NCBI RefSeq assembly: GCF_964355755.1
Contig: NC_092678.1
Coordinates: 4,976,422 to 5,040,421, forward strand
From: Antedon mediterranea
Lineage: Eukaryota; Animalia; Echinodermata
Reading direction: 5' to 3'
DNA: 64,000 bases
Each line of letters starts with the position of its first letter. Within the stretch, counting starts at the first letter, position 1. Both the position numbers and the translations under genes were made by a program. Positions 49,535-63,300 of the stretch are shown piece after piece. The notes below the pieces were generated by a model. The model saw only the letters and a program-made list of their open reading frames with translations. It was not told the origin of the DNA and did not search any database.

Positions 49535-52358
49535 CTAAACTCCATCGTTCTTCAAAGCTTGACCGATCTTATAGCCTGCGATTTTATTCCAGTCAATTTT
49601 TGTCCTCGTGACCGGTAGTTGCCGCCGGAGTGCCTTGAATGTTGTGTCCGACATCTGTGTATAGTTCTCACTTAATGCTTTTTGGTACGATGTCTCTTCG
49701 TTTTCAATGATTTTCACAAATTCTTTGGAGGTGCCTGTTGGATCCTGCGAAAAATAATGTAATGTATATGATCAGGTTGACTTAAGTAATTGAGTAAGTA
49801 CTCAGAATTGAGTAAGTACTCGGAATTAAGTAAGTACTCGGAATTAAGTAAGTACTTGGAATTGAATAAGTATTCTGAATTGAGTAAGTACTCAAAATTG
49901 AGTAAGTACTCAAAATTGAGTAAATGCTCAGAATAAGTACATAAATAAAGTATACTCAAAATAAGTACACAAATTAAGAATGTTTACTTACTGTGACTAT
50001 TAGTTCTTTTTTGACCTCTTTATGGCTGACCAACTGGACATTACCATCCTCATAGTAGTGAACTTGTGCCTTGAAAAGACCTTTAGCCTCGGCTGACCCT
50101 CTACTTGGGTTAAACGTAACTGACCATTGAGATCTCCATTTGCCGTTCCTGAAAATCAATATCATTAATACATTTTGTAGGAAATAAATGTGTTTGTGGT
50201 TTCTGTACATCACCACAACCTCTTGCACAAACAAGCTTTACTTTGAGTGGTTCCTTAAGGAGTTAATGGAAAATGTTGTTTATTCTTTTATTTCCCTTTA
50301 TATTTCACTTAAATTTAAATATTAAATATAAATTATGTTTTGAGCTGATAGGCTGATGATTGGAAGGCGTGTCAAACTGCAAAATAAGTTAAGCTTACCA
50401 AAAGTTATGTGGTTGGAACAAATGATGTTCTAGACATACAGTAAGAGTGATGTCACTTCCTGTACTTGTTCCATATACCTGTAAATAAACATAAATATGT
50501 TGCAAATCTTAAATACTATAATATACACAACAATCATTAAGCTATGTCTACACTATCAAACTAGTATGACAAAAAAAGTCCAAATATGGTAGTGATATAC
50601 CTCAATATGGTAGTGACATGACATCATCATGTCCATCTATGGGCACATCACATTTTTTTGTCACATAAAGTTTGATAGTGTAGACAGTGCTTTACAAACA
50701 AACAGTTATGCAAATTAGTGCTATATATTCCAAATTTAAACAATGACCAAGATCATATCCTACAATTGACCTTACAATGACCTTTTCAATGAGCAAGCTA
50801 TAACTACAGTACATAACTATGCAATGATGACAGTTAAAAACTAAAAATGGTATAAGGTCAAAGGCCAAATTACAATAGCAAATGACTTACAGTACAAACA
50901 CCATTGCCATAGTGAGCTTGTATATAGTCCCTCAATGCAGTCTCCAGAGCACTACGCCATTTCTCTGCGGTCTGATCAACATTCGACGCCGGTTGTATAT
51001 TTGATGCTTCTTTTCGCAGATGGTCATATTGGAAAGTTGTTTTAGAAGAAGGATCGAAAAACGTGTTTTGCTTCATATCACCATACTGTGTAATCAACAC
51101 CTATAATCAACAACAAAACAATTTATATTAAAATATAAGTAGATAGTAAATAATACATTTTTAATTAAAAAACAATAAATAACCAAGATGCAATACAGTT
51201 ACAAATTTAAAGTGACTAAAATATTCAAACTTTGTAAACAATGACCTATGACCTGACCTCGTGTTCCTGGCCGTCTAATTTGCAAGGGGTGAATTGTTCC
51301 TTGTTGAGGAGTGCAAATGCTCTGAAAAAACAAAACAAAATTCATCAATTTATTTTACAAACAAAACAAGATCTTGCAGGGGGCAATGGTTTATATTTAA
51401 ATTAAAGCGAATTTGTTGATCCAACAAGCACTGTAAACATCACTTACTCTGCTCCATTCTTTTTGAGTAATGCATCATTGTCCAATAAGATCCTTACATC
51501 TAAAAAAGAAAAAATATTGATGTTTAAGTATTTTTTTAAAACATGTCATGTGTTCCTAAATAAAACTTGTAGAACGATTATACAGGTAAAAAAAAGTTTG
51601 ATTTTACTTTAGATATATATTATAATAATACAAACATTTGATGTTCACTTAATTATATACGATTGAAATTGAATATTACCAAACATGGTAAATATCATTT
51701 TATGATGATGGTGGGTAAATAATGAAAGTAAACTTTCAGGAAACAGACACTTGACGACAAATCTAATTAAATTTGACATTTTAAAACTTACCATTAAAAA
51801 CCTCATTAAATTCACCAGGTGGTGCATACTTGATGAAGTTTTTTAAAATTCGAGTCTGAAACAAATACACACAAAAAAAATATCGGTTTACATTTTATTT
51901 TAGTATAGGGTGATCGAGTGAGTGCTAAAAACTATAAAAAAAAAGTAAACTAAAACACAATTTTTTTTCTAATATTTAATAATTTTACATTACAAAAACA
52001 AACAAGCAATGTGCCTAGATTGATTCAAATAAACCTAAAAACATGGTTGCGCACCCATGTTTGGGATGCATTGTCATTATTTGGGCCACATTTCGTTGAG
52101 AAGCAAGGCTCATAGAATGTCCGGTCATCAGCGGGCTCCAGGTCCTCCTGTGTGCATTCTCGTCCCGATGAGAAACAGGAAGTGAATAACCGGGGCCTAC
52201 ACTTTGCTCAGTTCGTCGTTGAGTTTTATTTAATTCACACATTCAACGATTATTATTAACATTAAAAGAAACATAACCACAAACTAAAATTATATAAGAA
52301 ACAGATATGAAAGCAAGCTTACCTTTTCTTCATCTGAAATTGAATAGACATTCGCCAT
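49535..52358 (-). CDS. CAPZA: F-actin capping protein subunit alpha
   Basis: Exons approx. 52323-52358, 51792-51855, 51448-51499, 51258-51321, 50890-51100, 50399-50478, 49991-50147, 49535-49745. Motifs [86 protein letters not shown]. Confidence 0.96.
49786..49935. repeat. 18-bp minisatellite (aattgagtaagtactc[g/a][g/a]) in the last CAPZA intron
   Basis: About 8 tandem copies. Confidence 0.9.
50540..50691. mobile_element. MITE family A, full copy with TTA TSD
   Basis: tta|agctatgtctacactatcaaact...agtttgatagtgtagacagtgct|tta. Confidence 0.85.
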
Positions 52359-52732
52359 TGCTAAGCCTGTTTAATTGGAAGTTTTTGTGTATAAGTTGGT
52401 TTCTGACACACGCCTTGAAAACAAGGATTATGGGAATATAAACAGCGCCACCAATTATTTTTAATAGTTTTCTGTAGGCTCTTCAACCTAAATTATTTTT
52501 ATACAATAATTTTTGACAGCATACTTATGTTTAATCTAAACTTCGCAAATAAAACTAAATATATAAACTTATACAATAATTATTAAACTTATAAATAACT
52601 CTCTGCTGTTGAAAGATTTCTGTAGTAGTAAAGTACAATAATGTATTATTTGTGAAATACAAAATGGCTGCCTCCTTCGGCAAAGGCAAAATAAGTTACC
52701 ACCGCTAATTTGTTGATGATTTTGCTTTTATA
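52359..52732. promoter_or_regulatory. Bidirectional promoter CAPZA/PEX26 with a YY1-like motif (caaaatggctgcc, 52660-52672) and a CTCF-like motif (cagcgccaccaat, ~52443)
   Basis: Divergent ATGs 374 bp apart. Motif matches judged by eye. Confidence 0.55.
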
Positions 52733-54892
52733 ATGACCTCTGAAGAATCTAGTATGCAATCGGGCGGTAAAGTCAATTTGGTAGAATTGGCGACAGGTCT
52801 TCTTATATTGGGAAAATTTGATGAAGTATATAAATTATGTCAGAAAGGGCTAGCCAGGTTTGCAGAGTCAGAAAACAAGAATGCGATCGCTGCCTCTGCC
52901 GGTGGGAACGCCCATCTTGGGGATGATGAGAGGGAAATCCCCTGTTTCGATGAGGCCCCTAGACATGCTCTTACTGAAAAGAGGAAACATCGACACAAGA
53001 AAATAACTTTTTCGTAAGGTGTCTTCGTATTAATATCAACACATTTAAATACAACTATATCATGCATTATATTGATAATTAATTAGGCCTATTTGCTAAT
53101 ATTTAATGTAAATAATAAATATACAAAAAAAAAATACAAAACTGTTTATATAAAATTAAAATGTATATATTTTTTTATATTTAGGGATGTGATGAAGGAA
53201 TGTCTATGCATAATTGGTGTACAAGCTTTAGCAGAGATGAGTCGTTGGCAGGATGTTCTGCCGTTTCTTCAAACCCAGTATGGTCCAGTTCAACAGTTTC
53301 CTCCAAAATTAGTGCAATTATGGTATGCAGACAATACATATGTACAGATAGCTGGGGTAAAAGACGATGCCACCGGGTCAAAATCACACTCTCCCCCATA
53401 GTCAATGGTGATGATGATCTGTATGTAGTGTAGTGCACAATAAAAATGGAAGTTCAGTTTTGTTCTTAACTGGCTGATAATTACATCTTTTTAAAATTCA
53501 TTGTAATATACAATATTTACTTTTAATAATTTTTTAAAATGAATCTGTTTTAAATTCTAGTATGGTTCTCAATGTTCACGTAGACAACCACAAACAAGCT
53601 CAAGAAATTTACAAGCAATATTCCAACCAATCAGCTCGCAAGTTATCGTCGGAGCAACATACTCATTTTATTGAATTGCTCTTTGCACATGTTTTGTTTC
53701 CGCAAGAAAAATGGACAGAAGCAGTGAAAATAATTGAAACTGATCAAATATTAAAAACTGATAAAAAGTTAGCTTTATTAAAAATACTTAGGGAAAAAGA
53801 AAAATATCAAAAATGCGAGAGTGGTGTTGCTGGTGATGATAAGAGCAATGCTGTAGAAGATGCTGTTGAAAGCCAATCAGAAGGTCACCGAGGTCACAAC
53901 AGGTTGTCAGGTGTGTTGATAAGGTCAAGGTTTATAAAATTGGAAAAACATTTAAAAGTGATGGAAATATATCAACATGTTTGTATATTAAATAATTAAT
54001 TTACCTGCTTTGTAGGAAATGTGTTGTTTCTGATGGCGTCTAAAGTGAGTCGGTTTGTCTGTCGTTGGATTCCAAAGACCTACTGGAGTCAGCTTGGTAG
54101 CGTCGCAATGGTTGGCCTGTGTGCTTATCTTGTTCTTGTGCGAAACAATTCAGGTACGGTTATACCAGTAAGCTTAGGTTCCAATGCTTTCATTAAGGGG
54201 TGCAGAATAAACTAATTTTTACCCGGTCAACATAACAATTATAGATTTTGCATGGGGATTAGGTTACATAGTTACTGTATACTACCCTTCCCAATGGTAT
54301 CCTCAACATTTTTTCACAAGATTGCTTTTTTCATCATTCAGCTTATTCAGTGATGCGCTGATTGGCCCATTTCATGGTTAGTTAATTACCAGTTTAAAAC
54401 ATAATTTGCATTTAATTAGCATGAAATTAAGTGTTTTAGCTTGCATGCATGATTACTCGCACTAAATTTTATTTTTCTTGTTAAATTATTATGTCAATTT
54501 CTTATTTTGCACCTTTCAATAAGGTGAACAATTACATTTATGCGATACAAATTAGAAAGTCTCATAACAAATATTATTTGTATAATAATAAACCCATGAA
54601 GGAACTCTGGATTGTAAAACTAGGGTCTACACTATCAAACTAGTTTGCCAAAAAAGTGTGATGTGCCCAAATATGGTAGTGATATGACATCATCGTTAAA
54701 TATATGGGCACATCACATTTTTTTCATCACATACACATCACTTAGAACATTATAATTTTTAGGTTGTTTTTTTTTCCAGATTTATCAACTTGGCAGTCCT
54801 ATACTGTAGCACTGTGGTTCAGTATATCAAGGCTTTGGCAAACTATGTTTGCAGCCTATTATAAAATCACTGACTATGGCCAGAAAAATTAA
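52733..54892 (+). CDS. PEX26: Peroxisome assembly protein 26
   Basis: Exons 52733-53013, 53185-53322, 53561-53910, 54016-54153, 54780-54892. Signature LCIIGVQALAEMSRWQDVLPFLQTQYGPVQQFPPKLVQLC and a C-terminal TM segment (LGSVAMVGLCAYLVLV) with a short tail. Confidence 0.85.
54626..54735. mobile_element. MITE family A, partial copy
   Basis: gtctacactatcaaactagtttg...gtgatgtgcccaaatatggtagtgatatgac. Confidence 0.75.
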
Positions 54893-57323
54893 GACGTGGT
54901 GATCATATTGGCAACAGCACTGGATTTCAGAAGAGAAGAAATGACATAATATAATTTTTAAATAAATTTTACATTTTTAAACATTGTGATGTTCCTGAAT
55001 ATCTTTCAACCATTTTGAAATATTTTTGGAGACCAAAGTTTCAAATATATATATAGTTCAACTGTGGGTTATGTAGGCCTCTGTACTTTTTCATATATAC
55101 AGTATTACAGTTAGTAAGTATAATAGATTATATTTAAAATGTTACAGACAAATATTACTGTATTTATAAATATGCATGAATGGTAATGGAAAAAAATGGT
55201 TGCGTCATTAATATTTGTTTTTGTGAAGATTTCAACTAGTCTATATTTTGATAATTTTGTTCTACGACACCAAAAACGAATAACGCGATATGAAGTGGAA
55301 GAACGAACGTTATATCGTCCAAAAAATCAAAAGAATGGCGATTAATTACAATGTTGTTTGTCGAAGAGGCAAGATTTTAAAAGTTTCAAAATAAGCGTCA
55401 TTCATTACTGTACAGAAGTTTATTATCATCCCATTTCTTTCTTATAGTGGAAACTATACACTGCCTCTAATCAACATTTTCACATAAATCACGTCAAAAA
55501 AGACTACTGCAGTAAATTAAGTTATTGCTGCAGTAATTTGTTAAAATCAGAATTCATGCAATTTTAACTATAAATACATGCATGTTTTCAATCTACTGTA
55601 CTACACTTACTGCAGTAGTATACATTTGACCATTTGCTTCAACTTTAACCATTTTTTCTGAGGTCAAAGGTTAAAACTGACTAATTGTATTATTTAACGG
55701 AATACAAATCTCTTAAGAATTTACTTCTTTTTCACAAACTTCAATCTAAAACCCATAAGCCAGCTCACAAGGAATCGACATACAGCATTGAATCTAATAA
55801 CTGGATGCTGTTTGCCTATTCCATATTTTTCCGATATTTTTATCGATGATGCTAATTTGTAATGCAATACATAATATATATGGTTTTCTGTGTATACGTT
55901 TGTAGGCCTAACTAAACAAAAAATAATCCAGTCCAAAGATGAACCTGGATATTTTTTAATCACATGTTTTACGTACAAATTTTGGTCATGTGACGCATGT
56001 AGACCAATCAAATCTTGTAACCTAGATCATTAAACAGTTAAATATGCGAGATGGCTTACAGGGATATGTACATATCTAATTGGTGGTCTATAAATCTAAT
56101 GCTTAAAATAGGATATGTTTGAAAAGAAGTACTTTTACTAATCACAATTTATGTTGCTTGGCTTTCGGAAGAACAATAATTCTGTTAAAATTGTAAAAAA
56201 AATAAATTATAACTAAATTAAACAACACCTATAATGAATTCTAAAGTAAAATAAATCTAAAACAGTTGGCTGGCTTTTCTTTTGGTAGCTAATTTTATCA
56301 TTTATTTTGATGCATTCGTCCTCTCTAGTGCATAAAAGGAATCAAACATCAAATCACAAAAAAAAAAAAAAAATATTTTTTTAAGGTGATTTAAAAAAAT
56401 CTGAAAACATGTCGCGGAAATAAAAGATCAATAGGCATTTAATGAAAACTTGTACTGTAAATAAAAAAATGTACAAATTAGGAAAATCTGTAATAGCTTG
56501 CAGCATTTGGTATAATTCACCATTTTTACAATCCAAAAAGCAGACTATGAAATTACAATTCACACAAAAACCTTACATGCCCATATATAGATGTGATATA
56601 AATTATGGGCACTATATATGGACATGAAAATTCCATAAAGTTAATATGGAAACTCCCTTACCATAAATATGAAAAATAAATGTTGATATTATTGTTCAAA
56701 CTCCACCATTTGTGTAGCCAACGGATGATAAATGGCGTAAAATATAAACAATTAAGTACATAGTAATATCACTTAATTCATCAGCAATTCTCTTTAAAAC
56801 TCAAATCAATTTAATTCTACGATATTGATTTTCTCCTTTTAAGATCATATTTCTGAATGCGTATATAACCAACTAACGCACATTAATGATTCCATCTTTT
56901 ACTAGGTTCACGACCCTAGGCAGGGGGCCAATCACATCCACACTTTTTCCCCATGTGATGTTACAGCTCCCAATTCAACAAAAAAAGTTTTTTTTTCGTA
57001 TTTATTAATAATCTCTGGATTGATGACTAGACATGCAAATTACACTAGTACCATTTAACTAATGAGTATATTATAACATGATGCAATATGGGATATGTGT
57101 TTTATTACTTAACTAAATAACACCAGAAAATTGAGAGCATACGGATCACTTTGTAGTGCGTCTCTCGCTGCGGCGCCACACTTTTACAGATCCCACCTCT
57201 TATCCTCAACTAAACAATCAATTCAAAATGGGAAAACATTTTTTGTTGACCTCTACGGCTGGTTCGTCAAATGTTGTACGTCAGCCCAAGCCAAATTGCG
57301 TGCCGCTCTTCACGATTGCTGAT

Positions 57324-60300
57324 TTACTCGGGACAGTCACGAGCTATGTGACCGGTAACTCCACACGTGTAACATTCGTTGTCCCTGTCGCGATTTGCAT
57401 TGTTTGGGCAATTACGAGCCATGTGACCTGGCTTCTCACAACTAAATAAAACAAAGATAACAAATGTTAGCAAAGATAACGCTCCTATACTGAAGTTAAT
57501 CATGCGTGACAGAATATCAAAACCTTTTACTGGAAACAAAGTAGTACTTACCGATAACACTTAATCTTCGGGCAGTCGGTGGAGATATGACCTGGCCGAC
57601 CGCATTGATAACAGGCACGTCCGCCACCTCTGCCGCCCTCGCGGGCTGGCTCATTGCAATCAGATGAGATGTGGCCTGGCTTGTTACAATTGTAACAGTT
57701 GTTTGAGTTACCCTTACTCGGGCAGTCTCGTTGGATGTGTCCTGTCTCTTGACAGTTGTAACACTTCTCAACTTTGTTGGGGCATTCTTTCTGACGATGG
57801 CCAACTGCATTGCATAGGTAGCACACAGCTGAAGGTTCATAAAATATTAGAAAGATTTTAACCAAAAGTAAAAGTCATAAAATAATTTAAACAGAATTAC
57901 CAGTTAATAAATAGGGTTTGCAATGACCCAGGACCCTTTTCATATAAATGTGTGTTATCATATTAAATTATTGTTCATCATCCAGACCAACAATCCACCA
58001 AAATTGGGCCTAGGATTTGAGTGAGGAAGCATGTCCTAAAGTACTGGCATGCCCACAATGAATTAACATTATGTAAACTAAATTCTATTAAAATTGGGTA
58101 ATGTATTTGTGAAAACCATGGGGTTATACCATACCTTGATCCTCCTTCACATTTGGACAATCCTTGGCATAATGCCCAGTCTTGTTGCAACGGTAACAAC
58201 GATCTGTAAACAAACATATCTATATTATAATAACACTAACCAAAAATGTCTTACTGTACTCTACTATATCTCCTAAATCGCACAAAAAATAGCATATTTT
58301 ATGGTATCAATATTATTTTATTTCCATAAAACAAAATGACTTACCCTCATCTACGCAATCCTTGGCATAATGCCCGGTTTCATTGCATTTGTAACATCTC
58401 ACTGAAAAAAAAAAACAACCAAAATTAACTTTTATTTTAGTTTTTATCATTATACAAAATGAAATGGTTAGATTCGATAGTAAATGCACAAAATTCACAG
58501 CTGAAAAATAACATTCTTTTTACATCGCCTAGCAACATAGCCTAGCATCGCTTAGCAACAAAACATGATCTACTATTATATAGTATAAATAAAAATATGA
58601 ACATGAGGGGAGGGAGCAGCCATAATCAGCAGTTTTACCAAATTTTTCTTCCCCCTTTTTTTTATAAGGATATAATTATAATTATCTCTGGCTATTAGTA
58701 TTCCAATTGAAAATGAAACCCCTGCAAACAACAAACCACAACACCAGAAATTGTACACGACTTTTAAAAACATAAATAAGATAACCAGTGTATCTAAAAC
58801 AGTGGTGTTTAATTAGGGAAGGCTTTAGTGAAGGAAAAACATTAGCAAACAGTATTATCCATACTATAAACATGCTAGCTACCAGACAACAGTAAATATT
58901 ATGTCATCAACTTCCTAAAAATAGAACGTACTTGAGCTGGGCCACATTGTATCAAAAACTTAGAAAGCTAAACAAATAATAATAATAAACAATAATATAC
59001 GAATAACGAATTAAGTGAATCATTGTTTTGATTGAGTTGATTTTAGTAGACTAATCATCCATTACATCACAACAACCAAGCATTACTGCAGTACAACAGT
59101 TGCTACCAATTGACCTATGACCTGCATAGTAACAAGGGGTATGCAAAACTTGTTTAAAATTTAAAGGCGGCCAGGGTACAGTACTGTAAAGTATCTCACT
59201 GTGAGAAAAGGTTACTGGGAATAGAAGTGTTACAGTAATGTTACAAGTTTGGCTATTGGCCAGCGAATCTAAATTTCATCAAACGATGTTAACAACTGTG
59301 TACTGTTCATCATTCGTACGATTTTATTTATAAATTATAAAAATAAACAAATTAATGTAAAGTGGCATAAAAAAATAACAAAACCAAGCAATCACTCTGT
59401 AAATTATGCAATTCTTAAGTTAACTAGATTTGAACTCGTCACTACTGACGAGTTAGGTTATCCGCAGCGCAAAAGCCACGTGCACGTCATACGTTAGAAT
59501 ATTGCGCGCAAAAAAACGATTATGCCATTGAAAAAATGTTAGTGCGCTCTCTATTTTGCGTCACGTCTAAGTATATACGGTATAACACTATATACTGTAT
59601 ACGTACTACGTACAGTGCAGAATAGGTGAAAAAAAGTGACCAAAGTTATTGACGCATTTGAACATGATGACGTCATCACAATTTTAAAAATGGTGAATCA
59701 TGCGAAAGATAATCGATTGATCTAGACAATATAAAAAAATTGAGTGAAATGGAATACGGATAAGTAGAGATGCGCTCTATTAAATTTGACGAGCTATGAC
59801 GAAAGAGACAAAAATCCTATATTTTATATTCGAGTGGCCATACAATGACGTCACAATGTCCGGTTAGCAATATTGATGCATGATTTGATATCTGCAACTC
59901 ATCTACTACCAGAATATGTAATAATAAAAATGTTCACCACGTAGTTTAGAATCTATGACTGTTTAAAAAAAAGCATAATTTTGGCAAATTTTTGAACTTT
60001 TTCATCAAAAATGCGCGTAAATTGTTTAATTGTACGTGCTCGTATGACGTGATTTTAAGTCGAAATTGTTTGAAAATTGGTAAATTTACAAAAAAAGACA
60101 GGAAAAACAAAAATCAAGCAAAAAAATTATGTTTTTCTGTTACGTGCGCACGCGCGCGTAAAAAAAGTGCGCACGCGTGGGAATTTTTGAAATGCTCAAA
60201 ATGACATGAAACGCGTAGAAAGTTGATTAGAAATTGATTTTTCGCATTTTGAAATTTTAAACGCGCGTGCGCGCGTAACTTTTTGTAAAACATGCCATTT

Positions 60301-63300
60301 TCTCTCAATAAAAAGTTAGCGCATGATATGACTTAAATTTTCACCAAGTTTCAATACAAAATAACATATATTTTTTATTCTATGATCAATCATTGAAATT
60401 CATAAAATCGCATGTAAATTACGCTGCGCGACTCAAAATTCATAAAAAAAAGGGTCTTGCACATCTACAGCTACAGGGCAATCTTTTGACAAATTTATAC
60501 AATCATATGTTGGCCAGAATTAGAGATACGCTGCCAACAAAAAATGGGAGAGAAGTGTGTAAAGAAAGAAATAAATACTAGATTTGAACTCGTCACTACG
60601 GACGAGTTAGGTTATCCGCAGCGCAAAAGCCACGTGCACGTCATACGTTAAAATATTGCGCGCAGAAAAACGATTATGCCATTGAAAAAAATCTTAGTGC
60701 GCTCTCTATTTTGCGTCACGTCAAAGTGTATACGGTATACGCTATATACTGTATACGTACTACATACAGTTCAGAATAGGTGAAAATAATTGACCAAAGT
60801 TATTGACGATTTAGCACATGATGACGTAATAACAATTTTTAAAATTGTGAATCATGCGAAAGATAATTGATTGACCTAGACAATATAGAGAAATGGAGGG
60901 AAATGAAATACGGATAAGTGGAGATGCGCTCTATTAAATATGATGAGCTATGACGAAAGAGACAAAAATCCTATATTTGATATTCGAGTGGCCATACGAT
61001 GACGTCAAAATGTCCGGTTAGCTTAATCGATGCATGATTCTATATCTACAACTCATTTTCTTTCAGAATATGTAAAAAAAAATAAAATTCACCATGTAGT
61101 TTAAAATCTATGACTGTTCAAAAAAAGGTATAATTTTGACACAATTTTGAAATTTTTTTTCAAAAACGCGCGCAAATTGTTTAATTTTACGTGCTCGTAT
61201 GACGTGATTTTAAGTTGAAATTGTTTGAAAGTTGGTAAAATTACTAGAAAAGGCTGAAAAAACAAAAATCAAGCAAAAAAAATATGTTTTTGCGCTGCGT
61301 GCGCACGCGCGCGTAAAAATATTGCCCACGCGTCGGAATTTTTGAAATGCTCAAAATGACATGAAACGCGTAGAAAGTTGATTAGAAATAAATTTAGCGC
61401 ATTTTGAAATTTTGAACGCGCGTGCGCGCGTAATTTTATTGAAACATGCCATTTTTAATCCATAGAAAGTTTGCGCATGATATAACTTAAATTTTCACCA
61501 AGTTTCAATAAAAAATGACTTTTGGTTTTTAATCTATGATCAATCATTGAAATTCATAAAATCGCCCGTAACTTACGCTGCGCGACTCGAAATTTAAAAA
61601 AAAAAGTTTCTTGCACATCTACAGCAACAGAGCAATCTTTTGACAAAGTTATACAATCATATGTTGGCCAGAATTAGAGATACGCTGCGAACAAAAATCG
61701 TGGAAAGAAAGAAGAACATAGAAAAAAAAAAAGAAAAAAAAAAAGATCCTGACAATAACAAAGGGTTATCCGCCAAGTGCGGATAACCAATAAATAATAT
61801 TATGTACTTGAATAAAATTGAAAAAGATTGATTAAGAGTAATAACATTCACCACAACAGACAGAAAAGCATGCAAAGCGACAGGATTATACAGTAGGTAG
61901 GAAGGGATTACATCAATCAGAGCTACAGGTACTGCTGCTACCACACACCTTACCTGACTGAATGTTAGTGCTACGACCTCTCGGCCGGTTTCCACCTAAA
62001 TAAAAACAAGCAATGATGCTGTAGCAAACAACTGGAGGAGGTACTTGTGCTGAATAAGTTCTGTTTTACTAACATTTGTTTTTTTTATGTACAGAGGTTT
62101 AGATTTTACATGACAACAAATGTGATGTGCCCATATGGACATGATGATGTCAAATCACTACCGTATTTGGGCATATCACCTTTTTTTTTATCAAACTAGT
62201 TTGATCGTGTAGACAGAGCTTTAGAAATTGTTATGTACACTCTCAGAAATGTGCTACTGTGTATATAAATTGAAGGATTTATATCAAGTCAGGTTCTGCA
62301 CATTTTTTGGGATGACATCATTCGACCTTCATGAACTCACCTTTGGAAAAATTTTGCCTTGGATTGTTACAATCGCGTTGCATATGGCCTTGCTTTCCGC
62401 AACTATAACACTTGTTTCCTCTGCTACCATTCATTCTGAATCATTAACACCTCTACAGCACACACTCCCTGAAAAAAGGACACGTCTGAATTGCATGACA
62501 TTTCATAGAATAGGAAATTTAAAATTAGTAATAGTGTCCATACATTTTATAGTAAAGTAGCGTTATTGGCGCTACTGCAGTTTCGCACCTAAATAAAACT
62601 GGGATCCAACACTGGGCATAATAAGACTTACAGTCACTCACAATCACCGACATGCAGCAGGTAAAATGTTTTAAAATTGGATAAGCTCGAGAGATTGTGG
62701 TGCGAAAGTGCACTGTATCACCACATTATTATTGCGGCTCCAGGATTTTTAAATATGGGGAAGGGGTTGGGGAAAAGAACGTATGACGCGCATTAATATA
62801 ATTAAGTGTTGGAGAATTAAATGTGCTGAATGTCTTTTGCATTGTAAATTTGTGTGGGGTGGGGTGGGGGAGGCTGAATTTATCAGCCTACTAATAATAA
62901 TAGTACTAAAATACTTAAATAATTCCTAATAATTAATATAATACCAGCCAGGCCTTTTAGTTAGTAAGCTAGCTTCCATCTAAAACAAACTTTATTATTT
63001 ATTATTAAATGTGTGTGTATTATTTTTAGGCCTGCCCACCCTTTATTAGGCTTTAAACTTTCGCAATGTACAAGCATATGGTTGCTAAAGGCAGGCCAAG
63101 CATGGCCACAGCATCGGTAGTTCCACCACACGCCTAGTAGTAGTAGCACACTGTGTGTAAATCACTATCGTCAATCATGAAGAATTTGTTAACGACAGCC
63201 TAAACTAGTAGCTATAAAATGAATCATTGCGACTCGCAGATAATCATTTCGAAAATAAAATTAGTACTATAAACATTACTGATATGATATGAAATCCATG

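Noticed and set aside
52085-52135. Minus-strand CTGATGA...CGAAA in CAPZA intron 1 as a hammerhead
   Set aside because: The bases that should close stem II are C and C, and I see no helix I/III with an NUH site.
59432-59466. CTGACGAG resembling a second hammerhead core
   Set aside because: It is one arm of the HINE terminal hairpin (aactcgtca/tgacgagtt). No stem II-GAAA follows, and the second copy reads CGGACGAG.
62544-62588. Possible extra 45-nt minus-strand exon (ttag...GTATGG) in the CNBP-like leader
   Set aside because: It contains an in-frame TAG and has only generic splice signals. It cannot be supported without transcripts, though it could be another poison exon.
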